A stretch of DNA of 64,000 nt. It comes from Clostridia bacterium (GTDB lineage: Bacteria; Bacillota; Clostridia; TANB77; CAG-508). The stretch is from NCBI GenBank assembly GCA_017510245.1, contig JAFWNQ010000014.1, positions 26,499 through 90,498 of the forward strand, written 5' to 3'. Below the pieces are notes generated by a model. That model was given only the letters and a program-made list of their open reading frames with translations. It did not search any database and had not been told where the DNA came from. Of the stretch, positions 49,954-59,610 are shown piece after piece. Made by a program: the position numbers and the translations under genes. Every line of letters starts with the position of its first letter. Within the stretch, counting starts at the first letter, position 1.

Positions 49954-50397
49954 ATGTATAATATGGATAAAGTGATAATATATACAGATGGAGCTTGCTC
50001 TGGTAATCCAGGTCCAGGAGGATGGGGCGCTGTTTTGATGTATGGTGAGAATAAAAAGGAAATCTCTGGAGGTTCAAAAGATACCACTAATAATATTATG
50101 GAAATGACAGCTGTGATAGAAGCATTAAAGCTATTAAAGTATCCTTGTGAAGTCGAATTATATAGTGATAGTGCATATATCGTAAATTGTTTTCATAAAA
50201 ATTGGATAGATGGTTGGATAAAAAAGAATTGGAGAAATGCTTCTGGTGAACCTGTAAAAAATAAGGAGTTATGGCAAGAACTTATAGAGCTTACTAAAAC
50301 TCATAAAGTATCTTTCAATAAAGTTAAGGGACATGCAGATGATTTATATAATAATAGATGCGATGAACTTGCAAGAAATGCTATTCCAAAAGATTAA
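49954..50397 (+). CDS. rnhA: Ribonuclease HI
   Basis: [50 protein letters not shown]. Confidence 0.93.
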   Translation: MYNMDKVIIYTDGACSGNPGPGGWGAVLMYGENKKEISGGSKDTTNNIMEMTAVIEALKLLKYPCEVELYSDSAYIVNCFHKNWIDGWIKKNWRNASGEPVKNKELWQELIELTKTHKVSFNKVKGHADDLYNNRCDELARNAIPKD

Positions 50398-50412
50398 TAT
50401 TTTAAGTATATG

Positions 50413-50441
50413 AAAAAACACCTTTTTATAAGGTGTTTTTT
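50413..50441. terminator. Bidirectional terminator between rnhA and the M23 gene
   Basis: AAAAAACACCT-loop-AGGTGTTTTTT. Confidence 0.75.
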
Positions 50442-50520
50442 GTGTATACTTATATTTAATCTTTTTACGATGTAATATAGAATAAATCTGCCAAAAGCGT
50501 CTCTTTTAACACTTTTTGTA

Positions 50521-51117
50521 CTATCTTATATATTCTTTGTCCTCTGAGTATGGAATATCTTCAGGAGTAAAATCCCATGGTTTGTTTGAAGCCATTATTC
50601 TCCACAATTTTGCATATGGTTCAAGTTTAAATTCTTCAGTTAGTTTCTCTAAGTCAATTTTTGGCAGTACATCTAGCGGATTTATAGTATATTCTAATCC
50701 AGTTTCTTCAGTATTCTCCTTTCTTATTTCGATATGCAAATGTGGCACTCTAGATCCACCACTTGATCCAGTTAATCCTATGACAGTATTCTTTGTAATT
50801 ATATCTCCAGGTTTAACAAAATATTTTCTCAAGTGCCCATATACAACTCTTCTTCCGTCATCATTCAATATTTCTACCTTGTTTCCATAGCCATCGTTAA
50901 AGCTGTCAAATCCTTCTGTTGTAGTTCCATCAAATTCAGCTAAGATTACTGTTCCATTTGCTATTGAGTGAACTTCCGTTCCAATATCTGCTGTAATGTC
51001 AAATCCAGAGTGTTGTCTTTCTTTAAACAACACATAGTGGTTCTTCCTAATTCCATATTTATCATGTTCTGTTACTTTGTATTTTGGTTCTATTGGCCAA
51101 ATATATTCATCATTCAT
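50521..51117 (-). CDS. M23 family metallopeptidase (no signal peptide seen)
   Basis: HSGFDITADIGTEVHSIANGTV...GSSGGSRVPHLHIEI. Confidence 0.8.
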   Translation of the reverse strand: MNDEYIWPIEPKYKVTEHDKYGIRKNHYVLFKERQHSGFDITADIGTEVHSIANGTVILAEFDGTTTEGFDSFNDGYGNKVEILNDDGRRVVYGHLRKYFVKPGDIITKNTVIGLTGSSGGSRVPHLHIEIRKENTEETGLEYTINPLDVLPKIDLEKLTEEFKLEPYAKLWRIMASNKPWDFTPEDIPYSEDKEYIR

Positions 51118-51547
51118 CTATATCATCACCTTCATTGTTTAATATTCTGTCTCTATATATTTCTAAGTGTTTTAGCATATGCCCTATGTTACTCTCGCCA
51201 GCAAATCTTTTTGAATCAAAAAAGTTTTCATCCTTGTCAATCCACAATAATCTGTTAACCTCTTCTATCAATTCAACTTCTTTGTTAAGTTTTCCTGCAA
51301 AAACCTCTAATTCAAAATCAGGTAAAAAATATTGAAAATTCATTAAGTGAATTAGTTTTATATCATTATCTGTAATTCCTGTTTCCTCTTTTAGTTCTCT
51401 ATATGCTGAAGAAGTCTCATCTTCACCTTCTTCAACTTTTCCTCCAACTAAATTATACTTTCCTTTATATGGATCTTTTTTTCTCTCACACATCAGTATT
51501 TTGTCTTCTGTTTTGTTAAAAACAATAATTACATTCAGCTTTTTCAA
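51110..51547 (-). CDS. NUDIX hydrolase
   Basis: Nudix box GGKVEEGEDETSSAYRELKEETGI. Confidence 0.85.
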   Translation of the reverse strand: MKKLNVIIVFNKTEDKILMCERKKDPYKGKYNLVGGKVEEGEDETSSAYRELKEETGITDNDIKLIHLMNFQYFLPDFELEVFAGKLNKEVELIEEVNRLLWIDKDENFFDSKRFAGESNIGHMLKHLEIYRDRILNNEGDDIDE

Positions 51548-51549
51548 TA

Positions 51550-52116
51550 TTACTCTCCTTCATTAATCAATATGTATTCGCCATTTTTATATACTATCTT
51601 ATCTCCTTCTTTTACCTTTTCAAGAAATTCTTTTGATATATAGATTTCTTCTATTTCTTCAGATTCATTGTTGTTACTATCTGTAATATCATAAATCCAA
51701 ATTCTATCTTCTGCTTTTTCATTTATTAAATATATATGATTTTCTATCCTTTTCTTTCTAATCTCTTTTTTTTGATCATCTATTATTTTTTGTAAAAGTT
51801 CACTCATTTCTTCTGCAACTTCTTCTGTTGCTTCTTCATCTATTGTATAATTTCCATCTTCAAGTCTAAGCACACTATATTCCTCTGCATCATTAGGTAA
51901 GTTTTCCGTTTTGATTTCTATAACTCTATTGCTCTCACCATCTTTGCAATTTGTTGCATTAAATTTATCAGGAGCTTTTGAATTCTTACCATATATATAA
52001 TACATATCTCCGTCGTCATCATTTTCTTTTGCATATTCATTTAGAAATTTGTTTCGTTCCATTTTAAATATATCTCTATAATGTGTTGTTAGTTTTTCTC
52101 CAAATTCTTCTTTCAC
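51550..52116 (-). CDS. Hypothetical highly acidic protein, translationally coupled to the nuclease
   Basis: The GTG start shares one nucleotide with the nuclease TAG stop (TAGTG) and is preceded by AAGGGGGAAG. 188 aa, Asp/Glu-rich. Confidence 0.55.
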   Translation of the reverse strand: MKEEFGEKLTTHYRDIFKMERNKFLNEYAKENDDDGDMYYIYGKNSKAPDKFNATNCKDGESNRVIEIKTENLPNDAEEYSVLRLEDGNYTIDEEATEEVAEEMSELLQKIIDDQKKEIRKKRIENHIYLINEKAEDRIWIYDITDSNNNESEEIEEIYISKEFLEKVKEGDKIVYKNGEYILINEGE

Positions 52117-52880
52117 TACTTCCCCCTTGCTCTTTTTATTGAGCTTTCTCCTGTTGCATAGTCTATTGTAATACCTGGTTGAATATTATATACAAATACA
52201 TTAAAGCAAACACCTTCTCCATTATCTTCAACAGAATAAGCTTCCATTTGAACTCCACTTGCAACCAAATTGTTTCCTTTATAAACTGGAGTAACTCTAT
52301 ATAGAACATGTTTGTTCTCATTTTTCTTTTGAGTTCTCACATATTCTGCAACTTTATTTTCGAATGGAAGCATTCCTTCTACATTAAAGTATCTAGTGCC
52401 TGTTATTAGATTTAATGAGTTATCATCTTCATCTGATAGCTGATATGCAATCAAATGACACCTATTATATAATGCTTCATTATTGTATAATTTCTGTTTC
52501 CATCCAGATGGTTTGATAATGCTTATGTCTCCTCTTTCGTCTCCTGCAGGTGGCATTGTTTTTCTACAAATATTTGCATAGGCTACACCACATCTTCCTA
52601 AACTGTCTAATTCTGAATAATTTTCAAAACTCTCCCTTGTATAGTCTTTTTCTGTAAAATTGGGTTTATTTCCATTTAATGTAATATATATTTTTCCATT
52701 ATATTCAGGAAATTCAGATATATCACTCAAATATATACTTTGAACTTCATTATTAAACTGTTCACCAACATAACCCTTCAACTCTGGGAAATAGTTTTCT
52801 ATTATTGTTGCTATTATTATTAATAAAATAACGGCAACGATTTGTTTATAATTTATCTTTGAATTCTTCTGTTTACTCAT
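52116..52880 (-). CDS. Membrane-anchored DNA/RNA non-specific endonuclease (NucA/EndA-like)
   Basis: N-terminal TM helix. The active-site region YNRCHLIAYQLSDEDDNSLNLITGTRYFN matches the DRGH/ββα-Me nuclease pattern. Confidence 0.8.
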   Translation of the reverse strand: MSKQKNSKINYKQIVAVILLIIIATIIENYFPELKGYVGEQFNNEVQSIYLSDISEFPEYNGKIYITLNGNKPNFTEKDYTRESFENYSELDSLGRCGVAYANICRKTMPPAGDERGDISIIKPSGWKQKLYNNEALYNRCHLIAYQLSDEDDNSLNLITGTRYFNVEGMLPFENKVAEYVRTQKKNENKHVLYRVTPVYKGNNLVASGVQMEAYSVEDNGEGVCFNVFVYNIQPGITIDYATGESSIKRARGK

Positions 52881-52902
52881 TTATCAATTCCTTTAGCTTT
52901 AT

Positions 52903-54639
52903 TTATTGATTCTTATCAAATATTCTGTAATACGAAATTCTATCATACTCTTTCATTTTATCGTAATTTGATGAAGTATCGTTTTCTTCTCTATATACGT
53001 TTCCATCATTATCTTCATAAAACCTCTTTGTTATTATCGGATAGTATTTTTGAAGTTCTTCCATATAATTATTCATTGCACTTAGTTCGACTCCAGCAGC
53101 TTTTAATAAATAGTTTTGTAAATATACTGTACTAGTTCTAATGTTATGTCTTGTTTCTATTTCATAATTTGCCCAAATTAAGAAGGAAGTTTCATATTGT
53201 ACCATTTCTCTTTCCATACCATTATCACTGTCATCTAAATTAGGTTGATGATCTCCAAAGAATAAAAGAATATACTTTTCATCTTTATCTTTTAATTCTT
53301 CTATCAAGTCTTTTAAAGCCTCTGATGAATCATGTGCTAATTGCATATATACATTTGTATGGAAGTCATCACTATAGTCAATTTGTTCCGGATCTGTATT
53401 CAAATATCCAATGTGATTCTGTACAGTTAAGACATATTCAAATAATTTTTCATTTTCTTTTTTCTCATCAATTTCTTTAAGTAATTCTCTATATGTGCTT
53501 TCATCAGTAAAGAAATCGTTGTTGAAATTCTTTTCTAGTCCTTCAATATCATCTTTAAATTTAATTGATTGAAATCCCAAAAGAGGATATACTTTGTTTC
53601 TAGAGTAAGCAAAATTTTCCCATGGATGTATTGCTGATGTCTTATACCCTATTGATCTTAAATGTTCAACTATTGAAGATTTAACTTTTCTTGGTACATA
53701 TTGTTGAAAAACATAGGAACCTTTCGATAGTATTCTCATAGAATTTTGTGTTAAAAACTCATACTCAACATTCGAAGTTCTGCCTCCGAATTCACTTGAA
53801 TACATTGTACCACTAATTACATTGTCACTTTTTTCAAGTTTGCTATAATACTCAATTGGATTTGCATTTCCATGATTATACGTATTATAATAATCACAAA
53901 AAGATTCATTTACTATTACAATGATATTAGGTTTTTCTTCGCTATATTCGTTTGATTTTTTATCATAGCTACTTAAAGTTTTTATTACTTCGTCTCTATT
54001 ATATCCTTCTGGGGGTTTTACTCTAAAGTCTTGAATCATTCTAAGTATTGTCATAGGTGTTCCCAAGCACCTATATGTATTATTTAGGTCCCACAATGAC
54101 CATCCACTATATATTTTTGTTTTTGATAATACTAAAACAATAATAATTCCTATACAAACTTTGGATATCCTTATCTTATAACTGTCTTTTTGTTCAACTA
54201 TTTTATTTCTAAATATCATAAAAATAGCTATTATTGCTATTATAAATAAAGCTCCAAAAACAAAATTACTGTCAAATTTTATTGTAATATATTTGGATAC
54301 ACTCAAAGCTGTCTGAAATGCAAATATATCTGATATAGCTATTGAAGATCCCCTTGCAATCCTTACAATATAATTAATTATGTCATATAAAGCTTCAACA
54401 CCAATAACAATTCCTAGTGATAATTTTGAATTATTAGTTAATCCTTTTACTATTAAATACTCGCATCCCCATATTACCATAGTTGCAATTATATAATTCC
54501 AGTTTTCAAATGAATATATGTTTCTTGAATCTTCAAAGTATTTCATCGCAAAGCTTAATAAAAATAGTGTTACAACTATTAATCCAATATGAATTGCATA
54601 TTTTTTTATTTCTATTTTTATATCTTTTTTTTCTTCCAT
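52903..54639 (-). CDS. LTA synthase (LtaS)/sulfatase family membrane protein
   Basis: Five N-terminal TM helices plus an extracellular sulfatase-like domain (IIVIVNESFCDY, FGDHQP). Confidence 0.75.
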   Translation of the reverse strand: MEEKKDIKIEIKKYAIHIGLIVVTLFLLSFAMKYFEDSRNIYSFENWNYIIATMVIWGCEYLIVKGLTNNSKLSLGIVIGVEALYDIINYIVRIARGSSIAISDIFAFQTALSVSKYITIKFDSNFVFGALFIIAIIAIFMIFRNKIVEQKDSYKIRISKVCIGIIIVLVLSKTKIYSGWSLWDLNNTYRCLGTPMTILRMIQDFRVKPPEGYNRDEVIKTLSSYDKKSNEYSEEKPNIIVIVNESFCDYYNTYNHGNANPIEYYSKLEKSDNVISGTMYSSEFGGRTSNVEYEFLTQNSMRILSKGSYVFQQYVPRKVKSSIVEHLRSIGYKTSAIHPWENFAYSRNKVYPLLGFQSIKFKDDIEGLEKNFNNDFFTDESTYRELLKEIDEKKENEKLFEYVLTVQNHIGYLNTDPEQIDYSDDFHTNVYMQLAHDSSEALKDLIEELKDKDEKYILLFFGDHQPNLDDSDNGMEREMVQYETSFLIWANYEIETRHNIRTSTVYLQNYLLKAAGVELSAMNNYMEELQKYYPIITKRFYEDNDGNVYREENDTSSNYDKMKEYDRISYYRIFDKNQ

Positions 54640-54814
54640 TATTTTCTTATAATACTGCTCCTATTCCTACTACTGTTAGATATTTTAACATAATAGATTT
54701 TTTTTTGTCAATGGTAATACATCAGTTGCTTTGGTATATTTATCTCATTTTATAATAAATACTTATTATTCTTTACAAATTTATTCTTATCTTTATAATT
54801 AATAAAAAAAGAAA

Positions 54815-54847
54815 TATCTTTCTCCCTCTTGCGGAAGGAGAAAGATA
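54815..54847 (-). terminator. Terminator of the DUF1874 gene
   Basis: Perfect 11-bp stem TATCTTTCTCC / GGAGAAAGATA, followed on the minus strand by TTTCTTTTTTT. Confidence 0.75.
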
Positions 54848-54888
54848 CTTCTTTTTTCGATAGAAATTGTTACTATGCCCAGTCCATC

Positions 54889-55218
54889 TTACTGCAGGTT
54901 TTCGCACTCCTCCATCAGAGTAACCTCAAAGAACACGAGGCTAGCTCCATTTGGAAGCTCAGTTGCCCCCTCCGGAAGTCTGGGACCCCTGTACTGTGCA
55001 ACGTACAATACGTCGTCAGTAGTTAAGGTCAAGGTTGTCCGGTTTACCTCAACCTTTCGGTCAAGATAGCTGGAAAGCAACGAAGCAGTGTCAGGGTGTC
55101 CAATTACCGACACGGCATCAATCGGCACTTCTGCTGCAGGCACCCTCATCACTCTAATGAGCTTGAGATCCTCGACCTCAAGCATGTTCAGTGAGAAGGC
55201 ATTCGCGAGGTAATTCAT
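54889..55218 (-). CDS. DUF1874 family protein (AcrIII-1 / Crn2 cyclic-oligoadenylate ring nuclease family)
   Basis: MNYLANAFSLNML, SVIGHPDTA, VNR, VAQYRGPRLPEG and FFEV match my recollection of the signatures of SIRV1 gp29, STIV B116 and YddF. RBS AAAGGAGAGG. Markedly GC-richer than the flanks. Confidence 0.75.
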   Translation of the reverse strand: MNYLANAFSLNMLEVEDLKLIRVMRVPAAEVPIDAVSVIGHPDTASLLSSYLDRKVEVNRTTLTLTTDDVLYVAQYRGPRLPEGATELPNGASLVFFEVTLMEECENLQ

Positions 55219-55292
55219 TACCTCTCCTTTCTTGCTGAGCCATCCTTAAATTAAGAATTGGTCTTACCAGCGATCGGATATATGATAGAATT

Positions 55293-55339
55293 ATTATACC
55301 ACTATTTACATAATGTGTCAATTATGTAAATAGTGGTAT
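55293..55339 (-). promoter_or_regulatory. Consensus promoter of the DUF1874 gene embedded in a perfect 19-bp inverted repeat
   Basis: Minus strand reads TTGACA (55316-55321)-17 nt-TATAAT (55293-55298). The palindrome ATACCACTATTTACATAAT-GTGTCA-ATTATGTAAATAGTGGTAT spans 55296-55339. Confidence 0.6.
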
Positions 55340-55351
55340 ATGCTATTTGTT

Positions 55352-55948
55352 TTATTTATTTATATTATTCATTGAAAAACACCTTTTTTCCATTAATAAG
55401 TCTTGAACTCCTCGAAGAGCTTCACCAAATCTTTGGAAATGTACAACTTCTCTTTGCCTTAAGAATCTTAAAACATCAACCACATCGGGATTATCTTTTG
55501 AAAGGTCTATTAGTTTTTCATATGTCGCCCTTGCCTTTTGTTCTGCTGCAAGATCTTCCTGTAAGTTGGCTACTGGATCTCCTTTAGCTGCAATATATGC
55601 TGCTGTGAATGGAACACCTGCTGCACTAACAGGATATACATCAACTCCATGATCTGTATAATATGGTTGCAAACCAGCTTTTTCAATTTCTTCTATACTC
55701 AAATCTTTGGTTAGTTGATTTACCAAAGCTCCAACCATTTCAAGATGTCCTAATTCTTCTGTTCCTATATCATTTAATAAAGCTTTAGACTTTTGGTCTG
55801 GCATTCCAAATCTTTGAGATAAGTATCTTAGTGACGCTCCTAATTCACCATCTGGTCCTCCATATTGACTTATTATCCATCTTGCAAGCTTTGGGTCTCT
55901 CTGCTTAATATTAATAGGATATTGTAACATTTTACTGTAGTTCCACAT
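55352..55948 (-). CDS. cotJC: Spore coat protein CotJC (manganese catalase family)
   Basis: MWNYSKMLQYPINIK start and ELGHLEMV ferritin-like motifs. The ATG overlaps the cotJB stop (TAATG). The ORF-track start at 55975 is rejected. Confidence 0.9.
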   Translation of the reverse strand: MWNYSKMLQYPINIKQRDPKLARWIISQYGGPDGELGASLRYLSQRFGMPDQKSKALLNDIGTEELGHLEMVGALVNQLTKDLSIEEIEKAGLQPYYTDHGVDVYPVSAAGVPFTAAYIAAKGDPVANLQEDLAAEQKARATYEKLIDLSKDNPDVVDVLRFLRQREVVHFQRFGEALRGVQDLLMEKRCFSMNNINK

Positions 55949-56271
55949 TATTTCATACCTCCTTCCCAAGGCCATGGACTAGCAATCCACCTCCAAGAAT
56001 TGCAAGGGCAGAAAATTGACAATGGTCCATACTTTCTTTGATATTCTTCATATGCATTTCTGTATTGTTTTGCATATTGCTTGTGTAATGCTAATGCTTT
56101 ATCATCTTTTGGGTGAGTATCAAGGTATAATGCTAATTCATTTATTGTAAAAGCTAATGATTGTACCTTGCCTAACAGCTCTTTTTTTGACAAATTACTT
56201 TCACATTTATCATTTACTACGCAAGTATTAAACATATTCTCCTCCAATCCTTCTTTCATTGTTTTACACAT
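55948..56271 (-). CDS. cotJB: Spore coat protein CotJB
   Basis: LLGKVQSLAFTINELALYLDTHPKD...YGPLS. The real start is probably ATG 56259 (ATGA overlap with cotJA) or ATG 56232 (after GGAGGAG). Confidence 0.85.
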   Translation of the reverse strand: MCKTMKEGLEENMFNTCVVNDKCESNLSKKELLGKVQSLAFTINELALYLDTHPKDDKALALHKQYAKQYRNAYEEYQRKYGPLSIFCPCNSWRWIASPWPWEGGMK

Positions 56272-56573
56272 TTTCCTTCATTTATAGTTTTATTTCTAAT
56301 ATACATATTCTCTTTTATGCTCTGTCCCGGACTGTAAGGGCTTACTAATTCTGGAAAAATTGTTCCCATTTTTAGTCCAATTTCTGGTTTAAATATCTTA
56401 TCTAAGTAATGAATTGGTACATAGCTTTGACCATACATATAGTTCTCTGGAAAAACGGTTGGATCATTTTCAAACCCGCACTCACATTTGTCTACATAAT
56501 CATTTTTGTTTATGTTGATCTGTTTATTGTTACTACAATTTGAATTGTTGTAACTTTGGCACCTGTTATACAT
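56256..56573 (-). CDS. cotJA: Spore coat-associated protein CotJA
   Basis: YGQSYVPIHYLDKIFKPEIGLKMGTIFPELVSPY matches the CotJA signature. Confidence 0.8.
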   Translation of the reverse strand: MYNRCQSYNNSNCSNNKQININKNDYVDKCECGFENDPTVFPENYMYGQSYVPIHYLDKIFKPEIGLKMGTIFPELVSPYSPGQSIKENMYIRNKTINEGKCVKQ

Positions 56574-56670
56574 GTTTATCCTCCTTTATTTTTTATAATA
56601 CATTGTATGATTTCTCTAGTTAAAAGGTTACAAAAAAAGAGGCAACCGATAGTCGCCTCTTTATATTAAA

Positions 56671-58110
56671 CTATATTATCATTATACCGCCAATTACTTC
56701 ACTTTCTTTATCTAATGGTTTCATCTTGTTTCCACCAGCTATTACAATTGTATCTCCTTTACTTAAAATACCTTTTTCCTCAAGTTGTCTAATCCCTATT
56801 TCAATTGTCATATCTATATTTTCAGCAGGCTCGATATATACTGGCATAACATTGTGAGATATTGCTAACTTATTAAATGTTTTCCTATCATCAGTTATAC
56901 CTACTATTGGACAAGCTGGTCTATATCCTGATAAGAAGTTAACAGTTTCTCCACTATGTGTATATGCAACTATTGCTGATGCATTTATTCCTGCTGCAGT
57001 ATGACATGCACTGTATGCAATATTTGATTTTAGATTTCCTGGAATTGCAATATTTCCTCTTTCCTTAAATCTTTTCCAATATTTTAAATCATCTTCAATT
57101 GCTTCAGATATTTTTACCATGTCATCAACACACTCTACATGATATTTTCCCATTGCTGTTTCTCCTGAAAGCATTATACATCCTGTTAAATCATATACAG
57201 CATTAGCAACATCGCTTACTTCTGCTCTAGTTGGTCTAGGGCTATTAATCATTGATTCAAGCATTTGTGTAGCTGTAATAACTGGTTTTCCAGCTTTAAT
57301 ACAAGTTTTTATTAATTCTTTTTGAACTATTGGAACTTGTTCCATAGGCATTTCCACACCCATATCTCCACGTGCTACCATAATTCCATCTGATACATAT
57401 AAAATCTCTTCAAAGTTGTCAATTCCTTCTTGACTTTCTATTTTTGAAATAATACCTATTTCTTCTCCACCATTATCATCTAATAGTTTTCTTATTTGTC
57501 TTACATCATCTGCTCTTCTTACAAATGATGCAAAAATAAAGTCAAATCCAGCTTGTATTCCTTTTGTAATATCATCTATATCTTTTGGAGATAACGCAGG
57601 TAATTCTAATTCAACTCCAGGAACATTCATTGTTTTTCTTGAGCCAAGTCTTCCTGTATTCTTAGCAATACAAATAATGTCTTTATCTGCTATTTCTTGA
57701 ACTTCAAACTCCAATGCTCCATCATCAACTAATAAAGTAGAACCAGGTTTTACATCCTTATATAGTTCTTTGTAACTAACTGTAGTTTTTGTTTCATTTC
57801 CTATAATATCATCATATACAAAAGTAAATGTCTGGCCTTCATGTATAGTAACTTTTTCATCTCCAGATTCTTGTTTGCCTGTTCTTATCTCTGGTCCTTT
57901 TGTATCTAGTGCCATTGCTATAGGGAGATTTAACCTATCTCTACATTTCTTTATGTTCTCAATCTTTTCTGCATTTTCTGTGTATCCTCCATGTGAGAAG
58001 TTGATTCTACAAACATTTAATCCTGCATTCATTAAATTTGTAAGTATTTCTTCTGTCTCACTAGCTGGTCCAATTGTTCCAATTATCTTGGTTTTTCTAA
58101 TATTTTTCAT
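56671..58110 (-). CDS. pyk: Pyruvate kinase
   Basis: KTKIIGTIGPAS, NFSHG, MVARGDMGVE. Confidence 0.95.
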   Translation of the reverse strand: MKNIRKTKIIGTIGPASETEEILTNLMNAGLNVCRINFSHGGYTENAEKIENIKKCRDRLNLPIAMALDTKGPEIRTGKQESGDEKVTIHEGQTFTFVYDDIIGNETKTTVSYKELYKDVKPGSTLLVDDGALEFEVQEIADKDIICIAKNTGRLGSRKTMNVPGVELELPALSPKDIDDITKGIQAGFDFIFASFVRRADDVRQIRKLLDDNGGEEIGIISKIESQEGIDNFEEILYVSDGIMVARGDMGVEMPMEQVPIVQKELIKTCIKAGKPVITATQMLESMINSPRPTRAEVSDVANAVYDLTGCIMLSGETAMGKYHVECVDDMVKISEAIEDDLKYWKRFKERGNIAIPGNLKSNIAYSACHTAAGINASAIVAYTHSGETVNFLSGYRPACPIVGITDDRKTFNKLAISHNVMPVYIEPAENIDMTIEIGIRQLEEKGILSKGDTIVIAGGNKMKPLDKESEVIGGIMII

Positions 58111-58240
58111 CTATAATTCTCCCTTCTTTTATTTTTGAACCAGAGAATATTATAGCACTACATTTGACTTTTTTCAACATTTTTTGACAAAATAATTATT
58201 TTTTTCTTAAATATATTTTAACTATTTAAAAAGATTATTT

Positions 58241-59548
58241 TTAAAACCCAGTTCTAGGTAGTTTTTTATTGGCTTTTTTTTCAGTTTTAGGAACAATTTC
58301 TTTATTCTCTATCTCAACTCTTGCTGTTTGATTGTAAGTTAATTCAATTTCTTTTGGATTATTGTCTAAAATATAATTATTAGGTGTCTCAATTTCTGTT
58401 ACAATAATAATACCTGGTTTTAAATCTTCTAATTTAATTTTACCTTCGTTATTTGTTTTGAAAACACCTATTTCTTCACCACTTTTATAGTTTATTTTAA
58501 AACTAACTCCAGGTATAGAATCTTTTGTTTTGGAATCTATTTTTTCTAATTCAAAACTACATTTTTTAGAATTAATACTTAATTCTAATTTGCCATATTC
58601 ATCATCATATTTCTCCACTGTAATTAAATAGTCTTGCATTCCACTTATTGTGCTTTTTGCATAAAAAACAGGATAATTTTTACAAGTAGCCTTATATTCA
58701 ATACTAATATTATAATCTTTTTCTATTTTTTTATTTTCAAATACTATTCTAAATTTTTCTCCAGCCTTAAATTTACTCTTATTATCTCCATTTATATCTG
58801 ATGTATACGTTCCATCTGGTGCACCTAGTATTTTTTTAATCTCTATTTCTTCTTCTATATTATTGTTTGAAATTATAAATTCCTGGTAGCTATATTCTAT
58901 ATCATTTACTATATCTCCATTTTTTGAAATAGTTACTTTTCCAATTGAATCTGCATCTGTATTTCCTATTTTTACAAGGTTATATATTGCATCTACCACC
59001 TTTTTTCCTCTTCTTTTTATTTCATTAAGGTCTTGTCCATCAACAGGATCTTCACCTGCTCTAAAATGATTATATACTTCATTTTCAGTTCTGCCTTCAA
59101 TTATAAAATAAGCTGCTTGTTTTGTTGCAATATATGCATCATCATCCGTTTCTACTCCTAGCTGCTTTGCTGAAGAATATGGATACCCATTTTTGAAAAC
59201 TCTCCATAATCTTTTTTGTTGTTCATCATTATTAGATAATTTATATTGAATTGTTGTATCATACCCTTCATATTCACCCGGAATCCATCCTACACCATTG
59301 GCATTTGGCATACAACAATATGCAATTCTTTTTTGACCATTATCGTCAGTATAATATGTTCTTGAATATGTTATGTAATACCATTTTTGATATTTACTAT
59401 TCCAGTACTGAATTGAATAAAATCCTTTTTCTCCTCTTTCAATATACTTAGTTTCACCTATTTTTACTACATTTGCTTGTACATAAGAATTATTTATTAG
59501 TATTACAAAAATAATAATAAAGCTCATTAATCTTAATATCTTTCTCAT
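58241..59548 (-). CDS. Thioester-domain (TED) plus SpaA/Cna-B-type surface adhesin ending in LPRTG
   Basis: Signal peptide MRKILRLMSFIIIFVILINNSYVQA after RBS GAGGAA. TED-like IAYCCMPNANG and ATKQAAYF. C-terminal prealbumin-like domain (FELEKIDSKTKDSIPGVSFKI...). The ORF stops one residue after LPRTG. Confidence 0.65.
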   Translation of the reverse strand: MRKILRLMSFIIIFVILINNSYVQANVVKIGETKYIERGEKGFYSIQYWNSKYQKWYYITYSRTYYTDDNGQKRIAYCCMPNANGVGWIPGEYEGYDTTIQYKLSNNDEQQKRLWRVFKNGYPYSSAKQLGVETDDDAYIATKQAAYFIIEGRTENEVYNHFRAGEDPVDGQDLNEIKRRGKKVVDAIYNLVKIGNTDADSIGKVTISKNGDIVNDIEYSYQEFIISNNNIEEEIEIKKILGAPDGTYTSDINGDNKSKFKAGEKFRIVFENKKIEKDYNISIEYKATCKNYPVFYAKSTISGMQDYLITVEKYDDEYGKLELSINSKKCSFELEKIDSKTKDSIPGVSFKINYKSGEEIGVFKTNNEGKIKLEDLKPGIIIVTEIETPNNYILDNNPKEIELTYNQTARVEIENKEIVPKTEKKANKKLPRTGF

Positions 59549-59610
59549 AATCATTCCTCGCATAATGTAAATTCTTTCATTACACGAATCTCTCCTTTCT
59601 TTTTTACTAA

